Source: Macrostomum hystrix
Lineage: Eukaryota > Animalia > Platyhelminthes
Length of the DNA stretch: 64,000 nucleotides
Assembly (NCBI GenBank): GCA_950097015.1
Contig: CATNEN010000039.1
Location: 9,548,001-9,612,000, forward strand
Direction of reading: 5' to 3'
In this document: positions 11,561 to 23,717 of the stretch, in pieces
Layout of the letters: each line of letters starts with the position of its first letter
How positions within the stretch are numbered: position 1 is the stretch's first letter
The notes under the pieces: model-generated
Told to the model about the DNA's origin: nothing
The model's input: only the letters and a program-made list of their open reading frames with translations
Database searches by the model: none
Program-made: the position numbers and the translations under genes

Positions 11561-12205
11561 CTGCCATACAAATACTTAAATAGCCGCTTCTGCAAACAGG
11601 ACATGAAATAATTAGATTGCATTTGTGATAGGGCGCATAAAAAAATTGGCCTTTTGGTTTTCAAACATTGAAAATATTTTTGCTATTATAAAAATTATAT
11701 AGTTTAACAAATAATAATATCCTCCTGTATAAAATGAGGAAACGGTTCAATAAAGGGAGCAATCTGCCAGTGCGGCATATAAGCCAACAATACAGTTGTG
11801 CTGAAATAGTAAAGTGATCTTGGAAGAAGTGTTCCAACGTGTTAGTTCTTTTCTCTGTTCGAGATTGAGGTTGTGACTCTCCAGTTCAGGAGAGCTCTGA
11901 GGACTGAGAGTGAAATGTCGGTAAAAAGCCTTAGAAGGAGACAGCTCGTGATATAAAGAGTCGCTACCATTAGAGTGTTTGCGGAAGATAAGAATCGCGG
12001 AGTAATAAGAGTTAAAACGGCCCTTTTCAGGGTCACCAGCAGGGTCAAAGCATAAGGAAATGCATGTAGAACTAATAAAGAAAAAACGAATAAGACCGGC
12101 CTGAGTTATATGCTACCAAGAGAGAGAAAGATAGAGTAATAAGCCCTGTTACAGATTATTGTAAATACTAATTATAATTAGCATGATAATAACCAAGACA
12201 GGATC

Positions 12206-12767
12206 TATTTTGTTAAGAATTGACAGTTTGTATACTTAAAGAAATTTATGAATCTAAGCAAATCCAAGCAAATGATTTAAATTTATTTACCTAATTACCT
12301 TATTACCTCATTTATTTACCTCACCCAAGCAAATGAGGTAAATAAATCCTTGTTAATAATAGAACTACATGAATTCAGGGGTGTTATCCAGATTTTTTAG
12401 TGAGTGGTGCCAATAGGGATTTGGGGGTGCACACAAATGGGAATTTGAGGGCTCTGTGGTGGGATTAAAAACAAGCCAAATTTTAAAGAAAAAAAACTTT
12501 AGCCAATGATGCCATTGTTTACATAAAAACTAGAAAATAAAAATAAGAACATTTAGATAAAATCAGAGCAAATAGCTATCATTGTGTAATCAAATAATGG
12601 AAAAACTAGCTAAAGTAAAGATAATGTCAATATAGCTCGTAGCTAAGATAAGCTAACGTCTAAAAACAAGAGAGAACAAGCTTGGTTTAAATTTAAATCA
12701 TTTGCTTGGATTTGTTTGGATTCATACATTTCTTCAAGTATACAAACAGTCAATTCTTAACAAAATA
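12206..12767. mobile_element. MITE/foldback-like element with approximately 80-bp terminal inverted repeats
   Basis: 12206-12285 (TATTTTGTTAAGAATTGACAGTTTGTATACTTAAAGAAATTTATG...GATTTAAATTTA) is the near-perfect reverse complement of 12688-12767. Both ends carry TA. The interior is non-coding. Confidence 0.7.
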
Positions 12768-14029
12768 TGTTGCTTCGGCGAATTTTATGAAGATTTTTTC
12801 ATGACTAATTGATCTTCAGATTATTTTAGTTTTAGTTACTATAGGCCTATCATGCAGCAATTATAGTCTGAATCTAACTAGTGTCTAGCTTTAATTTTAC
12901 AACCTCTGTTTAATCGAATGCATCTGTTTATTAGCAATATATGATTAAAAAACAGTTGGTTATAATTGTATGCTCAACTCACTGCTTCTTTATATTAGTT
13001 TTATACTTTCTATATAAAATAAGTATTTAAAAAAGCTACCTATATATACTAGCAATACCTAGACCTAGTTATATGTTTATCAATTATCAAGACAGGATCT
13101 ATTTTGTAAGCTATATCAAAAGAAGAGCTTTGTATCTGCTTACAATAAAAAGCTATCAACATTTTAAGGTGAAAAAAAAGTGAAAAGTTCCTATCTCGCT
13201 AGTGCATTTTCCGTAAAAATCTGCCTTTAATAAATTTTCTAAGAAACAAGTGTCCCGTCCTTCTTCTTCTAGTGGTCCTTGTATATAGCTTGTTGAAGTA
13301 GAAAAAGTAGAAAGTAGTAGTAGATCTGGCTCGGATTGAATACCCGTTAGGCCAGTACTGACGAGTATATTTGTAGTACAAACGAGTAAGTACAAACGAA
13401 GAATTTAATTCAGCGAAAGATTATTTTTTGAAGCGGCGCGAGAACAGGGGAGGGAATAACGAGTGATAAAGACGAAAGTGACAATTATTGGTATATATAA
13501 AAAAACATAGAAAGAGGTAAATTTATAAACTCAGTAGAAGCAATTCGTGGGCTTAAAGCGTATCAGCTGTCAGAGACAATGCGAGGAAGGAAAAAAAGCA
13601 AGAGGAGTAGCATGAGGAAAGAAAGAGTTCCAGATAGTTCATTTTTAATAAGCAAATGCAAAAGGGGACGAAAGAAACTTAATAAGGTATAGCAGAATAA
13701 TCGCGTGGAAGCAGTGAGGAGGAAGGATAGAAAATGGGGAGACAATTTAAACAACGAGGGCATACTTCGCACTGAGGAAGAAAAAGAAATCGGAAAATTA
13801 CAGACAGAGAGAAGCAAACAGGTGCATAAAGCACAAATGCATACAAAATCTAAACAAAAACTGGGGTGGGGATAAACAAATAGAGCTTGACCAGGACAAC
13901 AAGGGAGGTGACAAGAGAGGGTGAACGAGCACAGAGGTGATTAAGAGAAAGAAAGAGGGACAAGAAAGCAAGGGAGACGGAATGGCAGATAAAAAAGAAG
14001 AGCGAGTAAGAGTTCTTAATGACATTGTA

Positions 14030-14830
14030 GATGTTTTTCAACATTGAAAGTTCTTGTCTTGTCTTTTTGTGGTTAGGATGGAGGCCAATGCAGTAAAAAT
14101 CCCTCAAAGAAAGAGTTTCCCTTTGGAAATATTTAATTCTAATCGTTCTGAAGTAATTGCAACTGCTAAGATAGTGATAAATGTCAATGGGGGCCAAACT
14201 GACTACAATAAGTGCAATTGACAAGGCTTTCAGTATATATAACCTTTTTTGGGGTGGTATTCAGATTTCAATTTTAAGTAAAGGTTTAAATAATTTTTGT
14301 CTCTGAAAATACTATTAAAATAGAAGTGTGGCTTGTAAATTTCTTTAAAAGAGGTTCATGTCATAGTAATACATCAGACTAATGTGATTTTTAAGTTCAT
14401 GGGTTTTTTTGTCTGGAAGGCTTCAGTAAGCTTGCTTAGAACTATGTTCTTATCCTTTGAAAACGTGCTAGAAGAGACAGTGTCAGAGAGGTGTTTGAGA
14501 TCCAGGTTATTAAGTTGAGTAGTAATTGCCCTCTTTCATGGATCAGAGGTGCTGTCATTGTTAATAAAGAGTCTAATTGTGGTTGCTTAAGGAAGTTTTA
14601 TACTTCCTTAGCTTAGGTATTGTCCTTGATAACAACTTAACAGCACGAGTCGATGTTCCTGTGATGATGTTTAGTTGTTGTAAAGGAGTCAATCTATATA
14701 CCTCCCATGAAATAGTATCACCAAGCACAACTTTGTTTTAATGAGATTTCATCACGGCCAAAAATTGTCATTGTACACTTGTATGTAGCAGCTAGGATCA
14801 ATCACAGTAAAATTTAATTCTTTCTTTGAA
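14030..14830 (-). mobile_element. Degraded non-LTR retrotransposon ORF2 3' end
   Basis: Minus-strand fragments IFGRDEISLKTKL..L......LLY (post-RT thumb motif) and, across a frameshift, CTYC...IDIYHYLSSCNYFRTIR (C-terminal CCHC knuckle). Many stops. Confidence 0.5.
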
Positions 14831-15929
14831 TAGCCAGGGTCGACGAAAACCGTGTTTGAAATCTTATTCCGAGTCAGAAAACATTTTACTCAAACTTTAT
14901 TCAATCTGTGCGTCAAATTCGACTATTGAACTCTTTACTTGGAGTAAGTATGGCGGAGCGATTTCTTACTTATTTACAAGTAAGAAACCAAACCTAGGAA
15001 CCAAGAAATCGCTCTAAACGCTCTTTCCTCCTGGAAAAAGCTCTTTCTTGCTTTTAATTAGCACTGCTATAAGTAAGTTCACTTAGCTATAGGATACTTC
15101 TTGGCTGCTCATTTTCCCTACTAAGAGTCTCATTTTCCCTATAGCTAGGACTCTTTTAATTAGCAACTATTTAAAAGAAAAAAACAATTAAGAGCAAAGA
15201 GCTAAGTTACTGCTGAAGAATTAGGAATCAAGATTGTTTTATTGCTTATAGCCCTTTTTAATCAAACTATACAAAGTGGCGGACGTGCAATGCGCACCCG
15301 AGAACTGGAGGCTCTTTCGTCGCAGTTCTGGCGCAATCGTGCAAACGACCAAATTATCGATGATTCAATGGCAGCTAACGCTTCCTTCAAAACCACACTA
15401 AGAGCCGAACAATAAAAGTGGCCGTACAATACTCGTAAGCGTACACACATTATAGCATTATAGCAACCATACTTTATTCGATTTTCAATCATTTTGCCGC
15501 GCAGTCTTTCGCATGGAAACAGTCCTGATTTTGTTGTTTATTATCGATTTCCAAACAACTATGAGTGGATTAGAGAGCCTAAATAAACAATATTCGATAC
15601 AGTGGAGCAGTAAAAGCGTCGTTTTCGATGGCACCACCTATAGCTCCTACGCCGTATCGCACAAGTCGAGAATAAAATGTACTTCTGGTCTCACCCGCGG
15701 CTGCTCAGAATCAGAAGACCAGCCTCAGGTGCAGCAGCTATATATATAAATTCACTGAGTGTACCAACCTACAGGACGGACACCACGAGCACACACCAGA
15801 TTCACTGGAGCTCTTTGTGCCCTTCATCTTTTCTCAGAGGAGCGTGCTGAGCTGCCCGTCAGTTGGAACAATTAGCTGAACATCAGCTTCACCACCAACG
15901 GAAGCTTAAGTGTTATAGCTCTGTTCTTG

Positions 15930-16958
15930 TGGGGGCTTGAGGGGTTTGAGTTAAGTGAGTTGACTTGTGCGAGTTAAGCGCCGACGCGAACGAAACCAGC
16001 GAAGCCGGCAATGTGGCGCGTCCGCCGAGCTGCTGCCATGCGAGTCCATCTGGGTCTTCCGGGCGGCGCCGGAGACCATGAGTCTTACCACTACCGAGCC
16101 CCACCACATGGCACACTCCGAGTCGTGACGCTGAACTGCCGCACTCTCGCCACCCCCGCTGCCCAACATCCTGACGCTGCCGCCAGAGACGCCACGCCGT
16201 TGCCGTCAGAGGACAGTTTTAACGTCGCTCCAGTCACCATGGCTGAAGTCGTAATGCTCGCCTAGATGACGCCTGGCTTCAAGGCGCTGGTCCGGACGAG
16301 GTGCCCATCGAGGCGCTGCGCATCCACTGTGTGGCCAGTGAGGTCGCCCAAGTGATGAACCGTGTGTTCTCCGGTGAGGTGGCACCCACCGAGTGGACCA
16401 AGGCACATATACCATCGCCATTCGCAAGAAACCGGGCAACTGACGTCCGCGAAGATCTGCGGCGTCGCCGCGGGCTCGCTTGGGCTGCCTTTCGTTCTGT
16501 GAGGGCGGTCCTGCAGTCCGAGGCCCTACCTGATCGCCAGAGGGCGGCGCTGTTCCAGGCGGTGGTCAAGACCGTCCTGTTGTACAACGCCTCGACCTGG
16601 ACGCTGACGGATTCACTCGAATAACAAGTCAAGCGGCGCACGCTGGCCTGCTGCGCGCCGCCTTTAAGATCAGCGACGAGCGGATCACTAACGCGGCAAT
16701 CTATCGCCGCGCCGGCCTGGCCCGTCCAAGTGAACTGCTGCGACTTCGGCGACTCCAGCTGGCAGGCCACATCATCCGCGCCGAGTCCTACTGCCCGCAG
16801 CCAGTGCAGGAGGTGCTGCTGCTAACGCTGCGGGCACCCTACCGGCACGGCCAGGCCCGAACTCGGCGTTTCGTCGACTGCCTGCTGGCCCACGCTGGCG
16901 CCCCGGACTCCCGGACACCCGCAGTTCTTGCTCAATAAAAATCGGTCTCACGGTCTCG
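15930..16958 (+). mobile_element. Internally deleted RTE-like LINE: endonuclease start, RT N-terminus, thumb/3' end
   Basis: LRVVTLNCRTL (APE start), GPDEVPIEAL...VMNRVF...PTEWTKAHI-IAIRKKPG (RT domains 0-1), DLRRRRGLAWAAF...LFQAVVKTVLLYNASTWTLT and LQLAGHIIR (post-RT). Ends with AATAAA and GGTCTC repeats. Contains stops and frameshifts. Confidence 0.85.
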
Positions 16959-17502
16959 CATGATTTTATTCATATAGCCTCACGTCGATTTTCTTTACCT
17001 TTCAACTACAGCAGGTATACATTTTTCAGCTCAAGACTACAAGCTCTATTTGCTTTGGGAAGGGAAGCTTCAAAAGAAATTCGCTTGCGTGCCCAGATGG
17101 ATCAAGCAAGGAAATTCCACCACATTTTTGCGCTTTTAAAATCTCAACGATGCATGGTTTCGTCATTGCTTGGAAGACTAAATAATCTTCAAAGAGTTCC
17201 GCTCACGGAAAGCATAAGCTTTTGTCTATTCCTTGGCTACTGCTTGTGTTAATTCCTACAGATTAGACCAACACCCAAACGGAGTGGTATTTAGATGATT
17301 CTAGACACTTTTACTTTCTTCATCGCGTGCAGCCAATCGAGAAGCTCGGCTGGCACCCCCTGGGACTTAACCCCACCCACAAAGAGATTTGACGGAATAA
17401 AAGCGGATTTCATTCTCTACTTAAAGACGCCAAACTTGCTGAGCAGCCGAGCTGATTAACTATCGGACAAGAAAATAGCAGTGGAAAATAAGCATTTCTG
17501 TC

Positions 17503-19819
17503 ATGCTGCCCCTGCCACTGATTGCTGTTCAAGACAATTGCAGCGTCTATCGTAACTTCAGCTGGTCACATTGTCCGCAGCCGCTTGACTTTGAGGTAGG
17601 CCTCCTAAAACTTAAATAAAAAGTTTTTGTCTCTATATGCATCATGCTACATTACGTTGAGAAAGTTTTCAGCATTTTCTTGATATCCGCACACGTATTA
17701 GTGCCCTCAAATGCCAAGGAATGCATAATGGTCTTTAATTAGACCACAACCCGACGCCAGCTGATTTTTCCGACGTCGTCAAGGATCTTTGACAATACGC
17801 CGACAAAAAAGTGAGGAAACAAAAAATGGCAAGAGCTGACAATCTAGGATTCTATGAAAAAACCTGTAAGATTATAACATCCGCTTAAAACGCGAACGTC
17901 GACTGAACGTCGATGCAATTTAAAATTTCCCATTTGCCATCGACGTCACGGGACGGCGGAAAATCTGCCGATTTTTTCTGTGTGTAATGGAAATTATTTC
18001 ATTTCATCAGCAAACGCAAACGCGCCGTTCTTTTTTCCTGTCAAGGCCTATCTGATGTTGCCGCTCACCCTTCTGGCCCTTCTGTTGAACGCTTGGGCCT
18101 TGCTCATCTTCAAGTGTCACGTGAGCGGCAACGGCATCATGCTGCTCTGGATCACCAGCCTGTGCACCTCTGAGATCTTCCTAAATACCTGCCTGCTTGG
18201 CCATTTCATCTTCTACCTCGCAGCCGGACTGTGCGACGATTTTCCACACTTTAGCGCAGCGGGGGCGGGGGCTGCGCTCTTTCATTTCGGCGGCCTGGTT
18301 CAGACCCTGGCTCTGGCGGCCCTGCTGTTCCGCAATTGGACTTTCGCAGCGCTGGCCCTCGTTCGCTTTGAAGCCGTACTTCGCGTCACGAGCCGACGTA
18401 TGCTAAACAAACGGCGCAGCGTCTGTCTGATGGTTGCCATGACAACCATCGGTTTGACACTAAGCGTAGTGCGTACTTTGCGCACCAAAGCAGTCTACTG
18501 CGAGGAGGCGAACGAATTCGAGCAAGCGGTGGTCATGCCCTACCTGTACAACTACAAATGGTTCTTCTATTTCGAGGCATATTTCTGCGGCTTCCTTCAG
18601 ACAGTGGCGCCATTGTTGTGCGTAATCAGCCTGTCCAGTGCTGCTGCCCTTCGCATTTGGGCTCGGCGTCGCGCCAATCGGCTGGCCGGGCTTCGCCGTC
18701 ATCAGCGCCAACAAGCGGTTAGTTGGGGAAGCAAATTGGGCAGATTTCGTTTTTTCCAGTCCGACGTTTGGAGTCATTGTTTGGAGTCAAGAATGTATAG
18801 TTAGTTTTAGGTACTCGTACTTGGATAAGGTACTGTACTTCGATAGTTTATAAAGAGATGGTTTGCGCTGTGTTCAGTGCCCGCCGTGGCGCTGAGCGTG
18901 ATCACCGACTTCTGCCCTGCTGAGCAAGCGACACCTGTGGCTGGCCAGTCAAGTCATTGGGTCCGAAGCCTACTGCCCGGAGCCGCTCCATGACGTCCTA
19001 CGCAGGAGCGGACAGGGTCGCACGATGCGTTTCAAACACAGCCTTTTCAAACATGGCCAGGAAGCCGGCGTGAAGCACGTCCGTGACGTCGCCCTCGATT
19101 TTAAAGTTCACCTAATTTGCCATTTCGAAACTGCATGGGGCGTGTCATTATCCTCATTATTACTACTACTATTACCGTTATCGACATAGGCTATTTAGCA
19201 ACACTAATTTGTATGATGAAGATAAAATATGGGATAGTTGAAGGCCTGTTGTTTCGCTTGACTGAATGAGTGCCATGTTTCGATGAATTATTTCATCACT
19301 TTCTAACTGCAGTCCACAATCGTAAATGTAACACGGCGAGAGGAGCCCGAAAGACCTGAGGGCGATCAAGATGGATCAGACCGAGTGCAGTTTATGGTTG
19401 CCTACCTGTGCGCCGTGTTCTTGATCTGCGAGACTCCAGTGCTGGTGCTCTACAACCTGGAGCACTTAGCTCACATTGGCGACGGCCTGTTCTGGGTGAG
19501 CAACGTGTGCATCGTAGCCGACTCGCTGTTCAACTTTCTGGGCTACGCGGTGACAAACAGCCAGTTCCGCTCGCACCTGTTCTGCAGCTGGCTGCCCTTC
19601 AGATGCGCGCGGCAGTGGAGTCAAGCTCAGCAGCTCCGCCTGCCGGCGACGGTTCTCATGGCTGCGGAAGCTGATGGCTGCCGCATCGGCGGCGGCGTGG
19701 CGTTCTCATCGCGCGGCCGCTACCGCATGGGGGCTGCGTCCACCTCGTCAGCCGGGAAGCTAACAGTGGTCGTCAGCAAGCTGTCGATCGACATGTCGCA
19801 TAGGCCAATAAATATTTAA
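17503..19819 (+). CDS. Class A (rhodopsin-like) orphan/peptide GPCR; exons 17503-17595, 18046-18717, 19313-19819
   Basis: All junctions are GT-AG and phase 0. The N-terminus has NCS and NFS sequons. Seven hydrophobic segments: LLALLLN (TM1), SLCTSE (TM2), NWTFAALALVRFEAV (TM3, DRY replaced by VRF), TM4, LQTVAP (TM5), VFLICETP (TM6), DSLFNFLGY (TM7). Confidence 0.88.
18850..19100 (+). mobile_element. Diverged LINE 3' fragment in GPCR intron 2
   Basis: ...CTGGCCAGTCAAGTCATTGGGTCCGAAGCCTACTGCCCGGAGCCG... resembles 16760-16805 (LAGHIIRAESYCPQP). Confidence 0.55.
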
Positions 19820-21084
19820 ATGGCCCATCGATATGATTCGCAATGTCCCAACTAAGCCTATCGAACGAATTGTGCGTCTGCGTGTCGTCACGAGGTCCCT
19901 GTGTTCGAATCCGCGGAGAGATGGCTTTTGAGGGGGCTTGTCGTGTTGGTCTCGAGGACCAAGCCCTATAAATGCAGGAAGCCGATTTCTAGAACCAACA
20001 ATAACTAATGATAACTCTTACTTTAGAGTTATTCGTGCATTATTGCTTGAAGTTGAGTACACTATAGCTTTTTTATTGCGGTTATGCCATTTCTAAATTG
20101 AAGTAGCTGGTAAATTATTGCTTAATTGTTAAAAACTAAAATAACATCTTAGGAGCCTGTGCTAAATTCTACTTTAAAAAATGTAACTTGAAATTTGCGT
20201 AGAAAACAGAGCAAGAAATAAGAAGGCCAGAAGGATCAGAAGTGTGGGATAAGACTTTAGCCAATCTGCAGCATTGGTCATTAAGCCATGCGTCTGTGTG
20301 TGCTCTTTTGACTTACCTTCCCTGACTTCTGACAGAGATAGAATGACAAAGCCGGAATCTTGACTTGCTGATCTATGCGCCCTGTGACTCTCTGCGGGCT
20401 TCTTAAATTGAAGATCCGCGCTTTAGATTTATTTGCCCCTTTGGAAACGATATGCAAGGGCCGCAGATGTCATTGCGTTGCTCATTGATTTAATGACGGA
20501 TATGCTTTTTTACCCTGCAACTGAGAACACAAATACCTACTGAGGCGCTGATTTATATAGTTGAACTGTACGGGGTATTCCAAGAATCGGTGATTAGCAT
20601 AATTTAGCACTCGAATGCGGCTAGGTGAACATTATAGCTCCCCTCTAGCCAATAGTTCCTCGGCTGCTTTAGTATTCGGAATAGAAAGTTTTGACCTTAA
20701 TTAACTTTGCTGAAATTACCTTTACGACATATGATATTTTGCTCGGAGAGTTTTTTAATAGCTTTAGATAATGAAAAACCACGCACTCTGCACGCTATTA
20801 AGCTCGATTTCTTAGAAATCAAGTGCGCACATGCGATTTCCAGTTGATTTATAAAGTAAGCGCGCGCTCAGATGTTTACAATCAAAGGCAGAATTTTCAC
20901 AAAAAAAGCAAAATTAATTTTCTTATTTCCGTGTAACGTCAGATAATCGTGCTAGCTAGAAATTTTTGCGTGAGAGATAATCGTAGGCTCATTTTGCCTC
21001 GCTTGCAATGACACAAAATTTGATTGCTTGCAAATCTTTAAATGCATGATCAAGATAAGGCAGGCACCAACAGAATTGCAAACA

Positions 21085-23300
21085 GAAGAATCGCCATTTG
21101 AAGAATCGCCCTTTGAAGAATAGCCCTTAAAAGAATCACCATTTGAAGAATCGCCCTTTAAAGAATCGCCCTTTGAAGAATAGCCCTTAAAAGAATCACC
21201 ATTTGAAGAATCGCCCTTTAAAGAATCGCCCTTTGAAGAATCGCCCTTTAAAGAATCGCCCTTTGAAGAATCGCCCTTTAAAGAATCGCCCTTTGAAGAA
21301 TCGCCCTTTAAAGAATCGCCCTTTAAAGAATCGCCCTTTAAAGAATCGCCCTTTAAAGAATCGCCCTTTAAAGAATCGCCCTTTAAAGAATCGCCCTTTA
21401 AAGAATCGCCCTTTAAAGAATCGCCCTTTAAAGAATCGCCCTTTAAAGAATCGCCCTTTAAAGAATCGCCCTTTAAAGAATCGCCCTTTAAAGAATCGCC
21501 CTTTAAAGAATCGCCCTTTGAAGAATCGCCCTTTAAAGAATCGCCCTTTAAAGAATCGCCCTTTGAAGAATCACCATTTAAAGAATCGCCCTTTAAAGAA
21601 TCACCATTTGAAGAATCGCCCTTTAAAGAATCGCCCTTTAAAGAATCACCATTTGAAGAATCACCATTTGAAGAATCGCCCTTTAAAGAATCGCCGTTTA
21701 AAGAATCACCATTTGAAGAATCACCATTTGAAGAATCACCATTTGAAGAATCACCATTTGAAGAATCGCCCTTTAAAGAATCGCCCTTTAAAGAATCACC
21801 ATTTGAAGAATCGCCCTTTAAAGAATCACCATTTAAAGAATCGCCCTTTAAAGAATCGCCCTTTAAAGAATCGCCCTTTGAAGAATCGCCCTTTAAAGAA
21901 TCGCCCTTTGAAGAATCACCATTTAAAGAATCGCCCTTTAAAGAATCACCATTTAAAGAATCGCCCTTAAAAGAATCACCATTTGAAGAATCGCCCTTTA
22001 AAGAATCACCATTTAAAGAATCGCCCTTTAAAGAATCACCATTTGAAGAATCGCCCTTTAAAGAATCGCCCTTTAAAGAATCACCATTTGAAGAATCACC
22101 ATTTGAAGAATCGCCCTTTAAAGAATCGCCCTTTAAAGAATCACCATTTGAAGAATCACCATTTGAAGAATCACCATTTGAAGAATCACCATTTGAAGAA
22201 TCGCCCTTTAAAGAATCGCCCTTTAAAGAATCACCATTTGAAGAATCGCCCTTTAAAGAATCACCATTTAAAGAATCGCCCTTTAAAGAATCGCCCTTTA
22301 AAGAATCGCCCTTTAAAGAATCGCCCTTTGAAGAATCACCCTTTAAAGAATCACCATTTGAAGAATCGCCCTTTAAAGAATCACCATTTAAAGAATCGCC
22401 CTTTAAAGAATCGCCCTTTAAAGAATCGCCCTTTAAAGAATCGCCCTTTAAAGAATCGCCCTTTAAAGAATCACCATTTAAAGAATCGCCCTTTAAAGAA
22501 TCACCATTTGAAGAATCGCCCTTTAAAGAATCACCATTTAAAGAATCGCCCTTTAAAGAATCACCATTTGAAGAATCGCCCTTTAAAGAATCGCCCTTTA
22601 AAGAATCACCATTTGAAGAATCGCCCTTTAAAGAATCACCATTTGAAGAATCGCCCTTTAAAGAATCACCATTTGAAGAATCGCCCTTTAAAGAATCACC
22701 ATTTAAAGAATCGCCCTTTAAAGAATCGCCCTTTAAAGAATCGCCCTTTAAAGAATCGCCCTTTGAAGAATCGCCCTTTAAAGAATCGCCCTTTGAAGAA
22801 TCGCCCTTTAAAGAATCGCCCTTTAAAGAATCGCCCTTTGAAGAATCGCCCTTTAAAGAATCACCATTTAAAGAATCGCCCTTTGAAGAATCACCATTTG
22901 AAGAATCGCCCTTTAAAGAATCACCATTTAAAGAATCGCCCTTTAAAGAATCACCATTTGAAGAATCGCCCTTTAAAGAATCACCATTTGAAGAATCGCC
23001 CTTTAAAGAATCACCATTTGAAGAATCGCCCTTTAAAGAATCACCATTTGAAGAATCGCCCTTTAAAGAATCACCATTTGAAGAATCGCCCTTTAAAGAA
23101 TCGCCCTTTGAAGAAACGCCCTTTAAAGAATCACCATTTAAAGAATCGCCCTTTAAAGAATCACCATTTGAAGAATCGCCCTTTAAAGAATCGCCCTTTG
23201 AAGAATCGCCCTTTAAAGAATCGCCCTTTGAAAAATCTCCCTTTGAGGAATCGCCCATCAAAGAATCGCCATTTGAAGAATCGCCCTTTAAAGAATCGAC
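21085..23300. repeat. 15-bp tandem satellite AAGAATC(G/A)CC(C/A)TTT(A/G), about 147 units
   Basis: Strict 15-bp period visible directly. Gives stop-free repetitive ORFs on both strands (GDSLK/GDSSN on minus; KNRPL/KNHHL on plus). Confidence 0.97.
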
Positions 23301-23439
23301 ATAGCCCGGAGCCCGCGTGCGGCGGTGCTTGCTAATCATATTCTGCTGTGCTGGGCCTCCTCGACAATGCGGGCGTCCTCTGATTCCCGGTGCCATGGCG
23401 ACAGCCCGAGCACGCCAGAAATGGAAGAAGGATCAGTCC

Positions 23440-23717
23440 ATTCTGCCCATTTCGCTTTACTCCTGAGCACACTTAAGTACACAGATATTGCAACGTTACG
23501 CAGGCACACACTCTGTGACTTTCTCATCGACAGGCAGTGTACACTTCATTGTGCCTTAAAAGTTGGCCCTCAATGGCGGAAATTTCACGATAACCCCTCA
23601 AGCATTCTCTCCACGGCTGCGCCCCAAAAAATGCGGCCTCGCAGCAGAATTGATCGAGCTTACGGACCTAAGCTTGGAACGGAGAGGCAAACGCGATAAC
23701 CGCTGAGCCACTGACCC
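23440..23717 (-). mobile_element. tRNA-derived SINE, family A
   Basis: Reverse complement matches 50128-50400 (GAGAGGCAAACGCG, GGCTGCGCCCC, GTTGGCCCTCAATGGCG, ACTCCTGAGCACA). Confidence 0.8.

Noticed and set aside
11750-13800. Short minus-strand open stretches (11750-12060, 13156-13395, 13563-13817) as viral or TE proteins
   Set aside because: No diagnostic motif recognised; probably decayed repeat DNA. A translated search would be needed.
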